The position numbers and the translations under genes were made by a program. A model generated the notes under the pieces. It worked only from the letters and a program-made list of their open reading frames with translations. It did no database searches and was not told the DNA's origin. This document shows, piece by piece, positions 1 through 8,225 of a stretch of DNA of 32,000 nucleotides (within the stretch, counting starts at the first letter, position 1; each line of letters begins with the position of its first letter). The stretch comes from Planctopirus limnophila DSM 3776 (lineage in GTDB: Bacteria > Planctomycetota > Planctomycetia > Planctomycetales > Planctomycetaceae), in NCBI RefSeq assembly GCF_000092105.1, contig NC_014148.1, positions 4,650,001 to 4,682,000 of the forward strand, given 5' to 3'.

Positions 1-1280
1 AGCTTGGTCAGCTTGACGCCGAGCTTTTCCAGGTGGAGGCGGGCGACTTCTTCGTCCAGTTCCTTCGGCAGGCGGTGCACGCCCAGCTCGAACCGGTCGG
101 TATCCTGCCAGAGTGCCAACTGAGCCATCACCTGATTGGTGAAGCTGTTCGACATCACAAAGCTGGGGTGACCATTGGCACAGCCCAGATTCACCAGACG
201 ACCTTCGGCCAGGACGATAATGCCCCTGCCATCAGGATACGCATAGCGATCCACAGGGCCGCCTTCGTCCTGATCGCTCTTGATCCGCGTCTTCTTGATA
301 TCCTTGCGGTTATTCAGGTAGGCGATTTCGATTTCGAGATCGAAGTGCCCAATGTTGCAGACAATCGCGTTGTTCTTCATCACATCGAGATGCTCTGCGC
401 GGATAATATCCCGGCAACCTGTCGTCGTCACGAAGATGTCGGCATAAGGAGCGACTTCTTCGAGCGTCGTGACCTGGTAGCCTTCCATCGTGGCCTGCAG
501 CGCACAGATGGGGTCGATTTCTGTGACGATGACGCGGGCTCCCAGGCCCTTCATCGAAGCCGCAGAACCCTTACCCACATCGCCATAACCACAGATGACG
601 ACGACTTTGCCAGCAACCATCACATCGGTCGCACGCTTGATCCCGTCGGCCAGCGATTCCCGGCAGCCGTAAAGGTTATCGAACTTGCTCTTGGTGCAGC
701 TGTCGTTCACGTTGATCGCGGGAACACCCAGCTTGCCCTGCTCCATCCGCTGATAGAGCCGATGCACGCCCGTGGTCGTTTCTTCGGAAAGACCCTTAAT
801 GCCACTCAGCAGCTCGGGGTACTTGTCGTGAACCATGTTGGTGAGGTCGCCACCGTCATCGAGAATGAGGTTCAGCGGCTGACCATCCGGGAAGAAGAGG
901 GTCTGTTCGATACACCAGTCGAACTCTTCGTTGGTCATCCCCTTCTTGGCGTACACAGGAATACCAGCGGCAGCAATGGCCGCAGCAGCAGTATCTTGCG
1001 TGCTGAAAATGTTGCAGCTCGACCAGGTGACTTCGGCACCCAGGGCGGTCAACGTTTCGATCAGCACAGCGGTCTGAACAGTCATATGCAGGCAGCCGGC
1101 AATGCGGGCCCCGGCCAGTGGCTTGGTGTTGCCGTACTTTTCGCGAAGTGCCATCAGGCCTGGCATTTCGACTTCGGCCAGTTCGATTTCCCTGCGGCCC
1201 AGTTCGGCCAAAGAAATATCCTTGACCCAGTAGGGCAGCTTGTCTGTTTTGGCCTGTTCGTGAAGTGTGGCTGTCGCCAT
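1..1280 (-). CDS. ahcY: Adenosylhomocysteinase (SAH hydrolase); partial, with roughly the last 30 aa of the C-terminus beyond the left window edge
   Basis: Missing from the ORF track because it is open at the window edge. My reverse-complement translation from the ATG at 1280-1278 reads [96 protein letters not shown]. At the window edge it reads ...[11 protein letters not shown]. Both are hallmark AhcY sequences. The 33..1397 + ORF is its antisense shadow. Confidence 0.9.
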   Translation of the reverse strand, partial: MATATLHEQAKTDKLPYWVKDISLAELGRREIELAEVEMPGLMALREKYGNTKPLAGARIAGCLHMTVQTAVLIETLTALGAEVTWSSCNIFSTQDTAAAAIAAAGIPVYAKKGMTNEEFDWCIEQTLFFPDGQPLNLILDDGGDLTNMVHDKYPELLSGIKGLSEETTTGVHRLYQRMEQGKLGVPAINVNDSCTKSKFDNLYGCRESLADGIKRATDVMVAGKVVVICGYGDVGKGSAASMKGLGARVIVTEIDPICALQATMEGYQVTTLEEVAPYADIFVTTTGCRDIIRAEHLDVMKNNAIVCNIGHFDLEIEIAYLNNRKDIKKTRIKSDQDEGGPVDRYAYPDGRGIIVLAEGRLVNLGCANGHPSFVMSNSFTNQVMAQLALWQDTDRFELGVHRLPKELDEEVARLHLEKLGVKLTK

Positions 1281-1575
1281 AAGTCGAATTCCTCGCAAAT
1301 AGAATCAAAATGTGGCCAATCCCATGACCACTCAAAACGGCAAATCGACCGTCGAAGAAAATTCCCCGTTGATCGCGATTACAGAAGTATAGCGTGATCG
1401 ACTCGTGAGTGGAATTTCGCTTTCATTTCGAAGTTGCCGGAACGCCCCACTGTTGCCAAGATGCATCATTTGCCACTTGAAAAATGAATCCGCCGGATGA
1501 CTCATCAGCGTTTAATGATTCGAGTGGTGCTATCCAAATCGATCGACTTCTGCATCATTTTTTGAAGAAGACTCC

Positions 1576-2826
1576 ATGTACGCAGAAATTTTGGCTGTCG
1601 GGTCTGAGCTGACAACGGGTGCCAAGCTCGACACCAACAGCCAGTGGCTGAGCCTGGCGCTGGCCGATCTGGGCATCTCGGTTTTGTTTCATACGACCGT
1701 CGCCGACGAACTCGACTGGATGGTGGCTGCACTCAAAATCGCCGCCGAGCGGGTTGATGTGATCATCATCACAGGTGGCCTGGGGCCCACTCTCGATGAT
1801 CTGACTCGTGAAGCCGCCGCACGATGTGTCGACGTCCCGCTGGTGGTCGATGAGCATTCACTGGCACAAATCAAGGCCATGTTCGCCCGGCGCAAGCGAG
1901 ACATGCCCGAACGGAATGTGATTCAGGCCCAGTTTCCTCAGGGAGCCGAACCCATTCCCAACGCCCGCGGCACAGCCCCCGGCTTCTGGATGGAAATCCC
2001 CCGCAATGGCCGCCCACCTTGCCGGGTCGCCGCCTTACCAGGCGTTCCCAGTGAAATGAAACCGATGTTCAAAGAGCAGGTAGTCCCCCGGCTGGAGACC
2101 GGCTCGAACATGATTCGCCGGGCGCGAATCAACTGCTTCGGCGTGGGGGAATCTGCCGCCGAACAGCTTCTGGGAGATCTGACAGCGCGCGGCCGCGATC
2201 CCGAAGTCGGCATCACTGTGCATGAAGCGACCATCACCCTGCGGATCGTCGCCAAAGGGACCAGCACTCACGAATGCGAACAGAAAATCAGTTCGACCCG
2301 TGAAATCATTCTCAACCGGATGGGAACACTCGTCTTTGGCGAAGAAGATGAAGAGCTGGAACATGCCGTCATTCGGTTGCTGGGCCAGCAGCGCAAGACA
2401 CTCTCGACCGCAGAATCCGGGACTGGCGGTCTATTGGCGCATCGATTAACGAGTGTCCCCGGGTTCGATTCCAGTTATGGCGGCGGCTATGTCGTCCCCA
2501 CCACAGCGGCCCGACTGTCAATGCTCGAAATCGACCCCCGGGTCATGCAGCATTACGGAGCCATCAGCCCGCAAACCGCTATGGCACTGGCCAGTGCCTG
2601 CCGCCGTCGGTTCACTTCGGATTTTGCACTGGCAGTAACGGAATGGCCGAGCTTCAAGGCCGAAGACGCTTCGCAGGCCGTCCCCGCTTCGTACATCGCC
2701 CTCGCGACGAAGAAAGATCTGATCTTCGAAGAAGTCACTCACTTCGGCGACCCGGCTATTGCCAAAAGCCGCACAGCCAAAGCCGCCCTCAACATGCTCC
2801 GCCTCCGCTTACTCGGCGTACGATAG
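1576..2826 (+). CDS. cinA: CinA family protein: N-terminal MoCF-biosynthesis-like domain plus C-terminal nicotinamide-nucleotide amidohydrolase (PncC-type) domain
   Basis: 416 aa. The N-terminus MYAEILAVGSELTTGAKLDTNSQWLS...VIIITGGLGPTLDDLTREA is the typical CinA start. The C-terminal half contains STAESGTGGLLAHRLTSVPG, the CinA/PncC motif. Confidence 0.85.
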   Translation: MYAEILAVGSELTTGAKLDTNSQWLSLALADLGISVLFHTTVADELDWMVAALKIAAERVDVIIITGGLGPTLDDLTREAAARCVDVPLVVDEHSLAQIKAMFARRKRDMPERNVIQAQFPQGAEPIPNARGTAPGFWMEIPRNGRPPCRVAALPGVPSEMKPMFKEQVVPRLETGSNMIRRARINCFGVGESAAEQLLGDLTARGRDPEVGITVHEATITLRIVAKGTSTHECEQKISSTREIILNRMGTLVFGEEDEELEHAVIRLLGQQRKTLSTAESGTGGLLAHRLTSVPGFDSSYGGGYVVPTTAARLSMLEIDPRVMQHYGAISPQTAMALASACRRRFTSDFALAVTEWPSFKAEDASQAVPASYIALATKKDLIFEEVTHFGDPAIAKSRTAKAALNMLRLRLLGVR

Positions 2827-2901
2827 GCCTTTCGCTCAAATACTAATCCCCGCGTCTGATTCACCTGGCTGACACGCTTTCCAAGAAATCATCTTGCTCT
2901 A

Positions 2902-2970
2902 TGTGCCATGCTTGCAGCTCTGGGCAAGCATGTCTTCACACCTGACAGCGGCTCACACCCCTTCCAGGAG
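2902..2970 (+). repeat. Family-A intergenic hairpin-plus-tail repeat, copy 1 (tail diverged)
   Basis: tgtgccatgcttgcagctctgggcaagcatgtcttcaca... has a 9-bp stem CATGCTTGC/GCAAGCATG around the loop AGCTCTGG. The hairpin is identical to the copy at 17925-17961. Confidence 0.8.
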
Positions 2971-2977
2971 CTCAATA

Positions 2978-3463
2978 ATGAACATCGAGGATATTGTAAT
3001 GAACAACAACACTGACTTACTGCACGACTACCTAAATACCCACGTAAACAATAAAACAGAGCTTAACTATGCATTGTCAGTGGCCACAAGGCTCGGAGAC
3101 GCACAAATAATAAAACAGATTCTTGATAGTGGAGCCCCCCTGAATGTGTACTCCAGCAAAAACATGCCTCCGCTATACTGCGCAATAGAAAGAGGCGATG
3201 TAAACCTTGTAAAATTATTGTGTGAACATGGTGCGGACGTCAATTATCAAGCCGCTGAGACGATCTCTCCTCTTCATTGGGCAGTTGACACGGAAGCTGA
3301 CGGTGCATACCAAATGGGAACAGTCCCGAGCGTAGAGATTATTCGATTGCTTCTAGAGTATGGCGCAAACCGCAACGCGACTAATAGAGATGGCACACCA
3401 TATAATATGGCTCTACGGTATGAGTTTACTGAGGCATGCGAGTTACTCAAACCTCAACCTTAA
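2978..3463 (+). CDS. Ankyrin-repeat protein (about 161 aa from the ATG at 2978; the ORF track starts it at 2894, inside the repeat)
   Basis: Ankyrin repeat signatures are present: LNYALSVATRLGDAQIIKQILDSGAPLN, PPLYCAIERGDVNLVKLLCEHGADVN, SPLHWAV, IIRLLLEYGANRNATNRDGTP. An AGGAG sits 8 nt upstream of the ATG at 2978. The gene lies in an AT-rich segment (about 38-43% GC in hand-counted lines). Confidence 0.75.
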   Translation: MNIEDIVMNNNTDLLHDYLNTHVNNKTELNYALSVATRLGDAQIIKQILDSGAPLNVYSSKNMPPLYCAIERGDVNLVKLLCEHGADVNYQAAETISPLHWAVDTEADGAYQMGTVPSVEIIRLLLEYGANRNATNRDGTPYNMALRYEFTEACELLKPQP

Positions 3464-3492
3464 CAAAATACTTGCCTTTCCATCGTAGCCGC

Positions 3493-3525
3493 GTAGGGTG
3501 GGTTAAGGCTCTGCGCAACCCACCA
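3493..3525 (+). repeat. Family-B hairpin repeat, copy A
   Basis: GTAGGGTGGGTTAAGGCTCTGCGCAACCCACCA has the stem GGTGGGTT/AACCCACC. It matches 4000..4032 at 32 of 33 positions. Confidence 0.8.
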
Positions 3526-3584
3526 GGTCTTCTCCACGCCTTTACCCATCAGCTTTTATCGTATGTAACCACTATCTGGCCCTG

Positions 3585-3995
3585 ATGAGGGTGTATGAAA
3601 TGAAATGGACGGACGTTCTTCTCAATAAGATCCCAATTGAATCCATTTACACAAAGATTCCGTCGCTGGTCGACGTACGACTGCACGAAATGCAGTTCCA
3701 CCAAGATGGGCCAAGAGTATCGTTACGATTCGATCCTGCTGAGTACCCTGACAATCCTCCCCGGAAATGGATTGTCCAGAAATTCGATCAGGCACAAATT
3801 ACATTGGTCCTTACAGATGTCAGTCAGTTAAATGTACTTGGCTGGGGTGTGAATAACATTGGTGACATAATGATGAGCAGAAGTGATGAAGGCGTCTGTG
3901 TGAAATTTGTGGGTACATCGATGCAAATGAACTGCTGTGCCCGATTCGTGAATGTTGAGAGAATTACGGGGTATTGTCATGTAAGGGAATCATAG
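3585..3995 (+). CDS. Small cytoplasmic protein resembling Imm50-type polymorphic-toxin immunity proteins (alternative start ATG 3600, MKWTDVL...)
   Basis: The sequence is MKWTDVLLNKIPIESIYTKIPSLVDVRLHEMQFHQDGPRVSLRFDPAEYPDNPPRKWIVQKFDQAQITLVLTDVSQLNVLGWGVNNIGD. The pattern (MKW start, hE..f..dGP.v.lRFD, P..PP.KW, q.qi.L....v..l...GW) matches my memory of Imm50 (PF15594) members. It has not been verified by a search. Confidence 0.6.
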   Translation: MRVYEMKWTDVLLNKIPIESIYTKIPSLVDVRLHEMQFHQDGPRVSLRFDPAEYPDNPPRKWIVQKFDQAQITLVLTDVSQLNVLGWGVNNIGDIMMSRSDEGVCVKFVGTSMQMNCCARFVNVERITGYCHVRES

Positions 3996-3999
3996 CCGA

Positions 4000-4032
4000 G
4001 TAGGGTGGCTTAAGGCTCTGCGCAACCCACCA
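4000..4032 (+). repeat. Family-B hairpin repeat, copy B
   Basis: GTAGGGTGGCTTAAGGCTCTGCGCAACCCACCA. It is followed by ATGTCTTCGCGA (4033-4044), a 12-mer also present in the family-A tail. The perfect palindrome CTTCGCGAAG lies at 4037-4046. Confidence 0.8.
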
Positions 4033-4142
4033 ATGTCTTCGCGAAGGCATGTTTCATGCACCCCACCAAAATCATGCCGCACATTCCCGCGTGTTTGCTG
4101 TGACCTGGGCCACTCGTCAATCTTACTTGATCATCCGGCGGC

Positions 4143-4643
4143 TCACTTTTTTCCGCGGGATCTTTGTAATCGAAAAAACTCCTGCAGAATCTCTTTGCAT
4201 TCCTGAGCCAGTACACCGCCCAGAACAGCGCAGCGATGATTGAGCCGGGCGTCGTCGGTGATCTGATAGAGAGTATGGCAAGCTCCCGCCTTCGGATCTG
4301 TGATCCCATACACCACGCGCGGAATGCGGGCCTGCACAATCGCACCGGCACACATCGGGCATGGTTCGAGTGTGACATAGAGCGTGCAATCTTCCAGCCG
4401 CCAGTCACCAATCACTTCGGCGGCCTGAGTAATCGCGACAATCTCGGCATGGGCCGTCGGATCTTTGAGCTGCTCACGCTGATTCCACGCCGCTCCAATG
4501 ATCTGATCGTCTTTGACAATCACGGCACCAATCGGCACTTCTTCTTCGGCAAAGGCCTGTTGAGCCAGATCGAGCGCCTGCCGCATCCATCGATCATGAG
4601 GCTGCAAAACGTGATCGAACATGTCGGAAAGCTGTTGGGTCAT
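4143..4643 (-). CDS. tadA: tRNA adenosine(34) deaminase
   Basis: Contains the CDA-fold zinc motifs HAEIVAI and [11 protein letters not shown], then VVYG..DPKAGA and a C-terminal ...[10 protein letters not shown]. The start is taken at the ATG at 4643 ([11 protein letters not shown]), giving 167 aa. The longer track ORF, running to 4775, passes through a low-complexity heptad repeat. Confidence 0.85.
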   Translation of the reverse strand: MTQQLSDMFDHVLQPHDRWMRQALDLAQQAFAEEEVPIGAVIVKDDQIIGAAWNQREQLKDPTAHAEIVAITQAAEVIGDWRLEDCTLYVTLEPCPMCAGAIVQARIPRVVYGITDPKAGACHTLYQITDDARLNHRCAVLGGVLAQECKEILQEFFRLQRSRGKK

Positions 4644-4650
4644 GGGGAGG

Positions 4651-4777
4651 TTTGGTATTTGATGTTGGGTATTTGATGTTTGATGTTGGGCACTTGAAAT
4701 CGATGAGTTCTCAGTCTTCATCAACAATACCAAACGCCAAATACCAAATACCAAATACCGAGCACCAAACGCCAACC
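4651..4777. repeat. Two inverted arrays of 7-bp periodic repeats: a TTGG-type array at 4651-4692 and a CCAA-type array at 4729-4777
   Basis: 4651-4692 reads tttggta tttgatg ttgggta tttgatg tttgatg ttgggca. 4729-4777 reads accaaac gccaaat accaaat accaaat accgagc accaaac gccaacc. The second array is approximately the reverse complement of the first. The whole structure sits directly upstream of the tadA start. Confidence 0.75.
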
Positions 4778-4782
4778 CTCAA

Positions 4783-4827
4783 TCCAAAAAGAGAGAGGCA
4801 GGTCACTGGTTAGGTGAGCCTGCCTCT
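4783..4827 (-). terminator. Putative intrinsic terminator downstream of the htrA-like gene
   Basis: On the minus strand: AGAGGCAGG-c-TCAC [ctaacca] GTGA-CCTGCCTCT, followed by CTCTTTTTGG. This is a 13-bp bulged stem plus a T tract. Confidence 0.55.
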
Positions 4828-4864
4828 TCCTTGCCGCCAGGGGGTGGCGGACTGGGTGGGAAGT

Positions 4865-4896
4865 GACAGACCCGGCGAAAAACCGCCGGGTCTGTC
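4865..4896. other. Perfect 13-bp GC-rich hairpin (GACAGACCCGGCG aaaaac CGCCGGGTCTGTC) downstream of the htrA-like gene
   Basis: Read directly from the sequence. Neither strand has a flanking T tract, so a terminator role is uncertain. Confidence 0.4.
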
Positions 4897-4985
4897 GAAA
4901 TTGTGCGTCCTTGCCGGACACCTTCCGTGGTGTCAATCCTGTGATCAGAATGGCTCACTCAAGCCATTTTCAGGTGTGATGAAGA

Positions 4986-6473
4986 CTATTCATCGACACT
5001 CTTGAGGATCACAAATCGCTTGCCTTCCGCATTTCGCAGGTGCAGGATGACCCCTTCTTTCAGATCGACATTGGCCAGAGCGGCTTTCACATCTTCGGGC
5101 TGAGCCACCGTTTTGTCGCCAATCTTTTCGATCACGTCACCCACCTTCACACCGGCAGCTTCAGCGGCAGAATCACCCGCCACTTCAGTCACGACGACAC
5201 CTTCACCAGTCACACCCAGTTGGCGACCAATGGATGGGGTCAGCCGGTCAATCGACATCCCGATGTTGTCCAGCGACTGGCTCTTGGGCTTACCCGACTG
5301 AGCCAGTTGCGAGCGTGAAAAATCGCTGGGCATTTCTTCGGCCACCACACTCAGGTTGAGTTCCTTACCTTGCCGCTTGGCGACAATCGGGTAGGACTTG
5401 CCGATATCGAGCCGTTCGACAGCCGACTGCAAGGAACGTGGATCGTTCACTTTCACACCATTGACCGAGATCACCACGTCGCCTGGTTCGAGGCCTGCCT
5501 TGGCAGCAGGTGAATCGGGGCGAACCATCTGGATCACAACACCTTCACCCGCATTGGCACCCAGCTTGAGTGCAATCGATTCGGCCACAGGGGCAATCGA
5601 TGTGCCCAGATAAGCCCGCTTGACCTGTCCGCTGGCCACCAGTTGCTTGCTGACCCACTGCGCCATGTTGATTGGAATCGAGAAGCTCACACCATCGTAA
5701 CCGCCACTGCGGGACGAGATCGCGGTGTTGATACCGATCACTTCACCACGCAGATTGATCAGCGGCCCGCCACTATTGCCAGGGTTCACAGCCGCATCGG
5801 TCTGAATGAAGTCTTCGCGTTCGGTAATCCCCATCCCACGGCCTTTACCGCTGACAATCCCGGCTGTCACGCTGGTATCGAGTCCAAAGGGAGAACCAAT
5901 CGCCATCACCCAGTCGCCCGGCTGTGCCGAGTCGCTGTCACCTAAAGGAAGTGCGACGAGGTCTTTGGCTCCTTCGATCCGCAGAATGGCCACGTCTGTC
6001 CGAGGATCAGTTTTGATATCCTTGGCAACGTATTCCTTACCGTTCTGAAGCGTCACGATCACTTCGTCGGCCCCATCGACCACATGGTTATTGGTCATGA
6101 TGATCCCGCTGGCATCGATCACGAAGCCACTCCCCATCCCACGTTGCATGGGTGCACGCTGCTGGCGCGGTGCTTTGAGCATGTCACGGAAGCGGGGATC
6201 GTTCTTGAAGAATTCTGGCAGTGGCATGTCGTCGCCGCCCGGAAGGCTGCCAACGTTAGCCGCGTTCCCTTTGCTGAGTGTCCGAATCGAGACAATCGCT
6301 GGCAGGCTTTGCGAAGCGACTTCACGAAACGCCATCGAAAACTCGCCCGGCGTGAGGACGCGGGGAACCGCTACAGCCTGGGTATGTTCTGCGTATTGCA
6401 TCGAGGCCACCGCGACAATTGCTCCAGCGGAAAGTGTGGCCAGACTGCCGCCAAATCGAGAGAGAAAACTCAT
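4986..6473 (-). CDS. htrA: Do/DegP/HtrA-family periplasmic serine endoprotease with two PDZ domains
   Basis: 495 aa with an N-terminal hydrophobic anchor. The trypsin-like triad context is TNNHVV, DVAILRI, GNSGGPL. Two PDZ-like segments follow (GEGVVIQMVRPDSPAAKAGLEPGDVVISVNG and GEGVVVTEVAGDSAAEAAGVKVGDVIEKIG). Confidence 0.9.
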   Translation of the reverse strand: MSFLSRFGGSLATLSAGAIVAVASMQYAEHTQAVAVPRVLTPGEFSMAFREVASQSLPAIVSIRTLSKGNAANVGSLPGGDDMPLPEFFKNDPRFRDMLKAPRQQRAPMQRGMGSGFVIDASGIIMTNNHVVDGADEVIVTLQNGKEYVAKDIKTDPRTDVAILRIEGAKDLVALPLGDSDSAQPGDWVMAIGSPFGLDTSVTAGIVSGKGRGMGITEREDFIQTDAAVNPGNSGGPLINLRGEVIGINTAISSRSGGYDGVSFSIPINMAQWVSKQLVASGQVKRAYLGTSIAPVAESIALKLGANAGEGVVIQMVRPDSPAAKAGLEPGDVVISVNGVKVNDPRSLQSAVERLDIGKSYPIVAKRQGKELNLSVVAEEMPSDFSRSQLAQSGKPKSQSLDNIGMSIDRLTPSIGRQLGVTGEGVVVTEVAGDSAAEAAGVKVGDVIEKIGDKTVAQPEDVKAALANVDLKEGVILHLRNAEGKRFVILKSVDE

Positions 6474-7041
6474 CCGTCACTCCTTCACAACTCAGAAACC
6501 GCCCGAGCGGCCTGGTGTTGGTAATTGAAACTTCCGTTCATCATAAAAACTCAGCCAGAACCGACTTCAACCAGAAAAACTTTCGAGGTTGTTATCTTTT
6601 GGCCATCGACCAGTCATCAAGAGTCCGTTTGGAACGAAACTCATTGTGGCAACTCCATTTCTGGCCAGAGGTGAACTGGAGTTGTGATGACCGACGCTCT
6701 TAGATTTACGGCTTCTGCCGGGTGACTGTTGGAGAGGAAAAATTTCTTTTCCTCCACTTAGCATCTCAGCGACTGAACCCGGCATGTGGCGACTTTTCGC
6801 CGTCTGAGCTTCATCATATGCCCGGCCGCTTGTCGCACCTGGGCAACATGAAGATTCGTAACCGATTGTATTTCATGATGTTATGAAAAATTGTGTGTTA
6901 CGTGTGATTACCGACAGCAATGAGTGCTTTCCAGAATAGATAGCACGGCAACAATCAGTGTATTATCATGTGTTGGTGTAATGAAAAGAGGATCAAGCAT
7001 TCGATCCAGGACTAATATCAAATTATAAGGAATGAGTTTTC

Positions 7042-8055
7042 ATGCCGGGAAAAACGATCGAGTCGAAATCATCTCATCGGCGAGGATTCACACTGATTGA
7101 ATTGCTCGTGGTCATCGCAATTATTGCGATCCTCATTGCCTTGCTGCTCCCAGCAGTTCAACAGGCACGCGAAGCCGCCCGCCGAACACAATGTCGTAAC
7201 AACCTCAAGCAGTTGGGCCTGGCACTCCACAACTACCACGACAACTACGGGGCTTTCCCGCCATTGTTTGTGATGCCCGTAGTTCCAACGAATTCGACCA
7301 ATCACGCGACGGCCACCGGAGCGAACTCGGCCAATATGGCACCTGGCTGGGGTTGGATGGCGTTTCTTTTGCCCTACATCGATCAGGCACCACTTTATTC
7401 CTCCCTCGGAGTGGGTTCGACCCGCTTCCCTCTCGACAGCCAAAACCTGATTCGTACTCCCATTGCAGGCTATATGTGCCCATCGGACATTGCCGGCCCG
7501 ATTAATGCCGGTTCGATGTGGGCTCGCCAGACCGAAAATGGCTGGGAAGCAGCCACCTCCAACTATGTGGCGGCACACGATCACGAAACCACCATCAACC
7601 CGCTGGTCGCTACTGATCCCGATCGCGGCAGCAAAACTCCCACCGGTGGTTTTTTCCCCAACAGCCGCACTTCGACACGCGACATCACGGATGGAACTTC
7701 CAACACTGTCGCAGCAGGCGAACGCCGCTACAAACAGAACGAAAATGCTTCCGCAGCCGTTTGGATTGGCACGATCGACGGAGATCATGAGAACGATTTC
7801 GGTTACGACACTGCGGGAACTGGCCGCAACCGTATTAATGAAGACAGCAATTCCGGAGCCGACTGGGATTGGGTCCGCAGTTTCAGCAGTGCTCACACGG
7901 GTGGAGCCCACTTTGTCCTGTTCGATGGATCAGTCCGCTTCGTGAGTGAGAACATCGACCATTCCCCGGGCCGAACTGACGGAACGGACACTCCTAACAG
8001 CCTCTTCGACAACATCATCTCGATTCGTGATGGCAACGTCGTCGGCGAGTTCTAA
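7042..8055 (+). CDS. DUF1559 protein with a prepilin-type N-terminal cleavage/methylation domain and a C-terminal H-X9-DG motif (planctomycete pseudopilin-like paralogue family)
   Basis: RRGFTLIELLVVIAIIAILIALLLPAVQQAREAARRTQCRNNLKQLGLALHNYHD is the canonical DUF1559 N-terminus. Near the C-terminus, H-TGGAHFVLF-DG places exactly 9 residues between the H and the DG. Confidence 0.9.
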   Translation: MPGKTIESKSSHRRGFTLIELLVVIAIIAILIALLLPAVQQAREAARRTQCRNNLKQLGLALHNYHDNYGAFPPLFVMPVVPTNSTNHATATGANSANMAPGWGWMAFLLPYIDQAPLYSSLGVGSTRFPLDSQNLIRTPIAGYMCPSDIAGPINAGSMWARQTENGWEAATSNYVAAHDHETTINPLVATDPDRGSKTPTGGFFPNSRTSTRDITDGTSNTVAAGERRYKQNENASAAVWIGTIDGDHENDFGYDTAGTGRNRINEDSNSGADWDWVRSFSSAHTGGAHFVLFDGSVRFVSENIDHSPGRTDGTDTPNSLFDNIISIRDGNVVGEF

Positions 8056-8089
8056 CTCAATGGCCGATAATTGCTGATCCAGCGCTTGT

Positions 8090-8130
8090 TAAAGACCTCA
8101 TATCCTCGCGATGTGAGGTCTTTGCGTTTT
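8090..8130 (+). terminator. Putative intrinsic terminator after the DUF1559 gene
   Basis: AAAGACCTCA [tatcctcgcgatg] TGAGGTCTTT followed by GCGTTTTA: a 10-bp perfect stem plus a T run. Confidence 0.55.
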
Positions 8131-8225
8131 ACCGGCAAATCAACGAATCAAACTCTATGGATGCAGCGGGGCCGGGTGTGGTCTACAATGTATTTGCAAA
8201 TGGTACGCACCACAGGAATTCGCGC

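Noticed and set aside
33-1397. 454-aa + strand ORF, the longest ORF listed at the left end
   Set aside because: Its composition is odd and shows no recognisable motif. The opposite strand encodes an unmistakable AhcY from the ATG at 1280, so this is an antisense shadow ORF in a GC-rich gene.
1281-1575. A possible SAH riboswitch in the ahcY leader. The class is common upstream of ahcY in other phyla.
   Set aside because: I read the reverse-complemented leader and could not find the conserved AGGAGCGCUGC / CAGGCUCGG / AACGGCGCUC cores. An Infernal scan with RF01057 would settle it.
2461-2472. GGGTTCGATTCC, a tRNA T-loop-like motif
   Set aside because: The flanking bases do not form a T-stem (CCGGG versus CCAGT), and no acceptor or anticodon arms can be drawn. 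It lies in frame inside cinA. It is not a tRNA.
4949-4968. 7-bp hairpin AATGGCT-cactca-AGCCATT just downstream of the htrA stop
   Set aside because: The stem is short and AT-containing, and no T tract follows on the gene's sense strand. The hairpin at 4783-4827 is the better terminator candidate.
7069-7911. 280-aa minus-strand ORF inside the DUF1559 gene. Similar long antisense ORFs lie at 12197-13198 (-), 12459-13187 (+), 19764-20516 (+) and 23929-24729 (-).
   Set aside because: Each one overlaps a confidently identified gene on the other strand or in another frame, is rich in Arg/Ser/Gly/Cys runs, and has no family signature. These are typical shadow ORFs.
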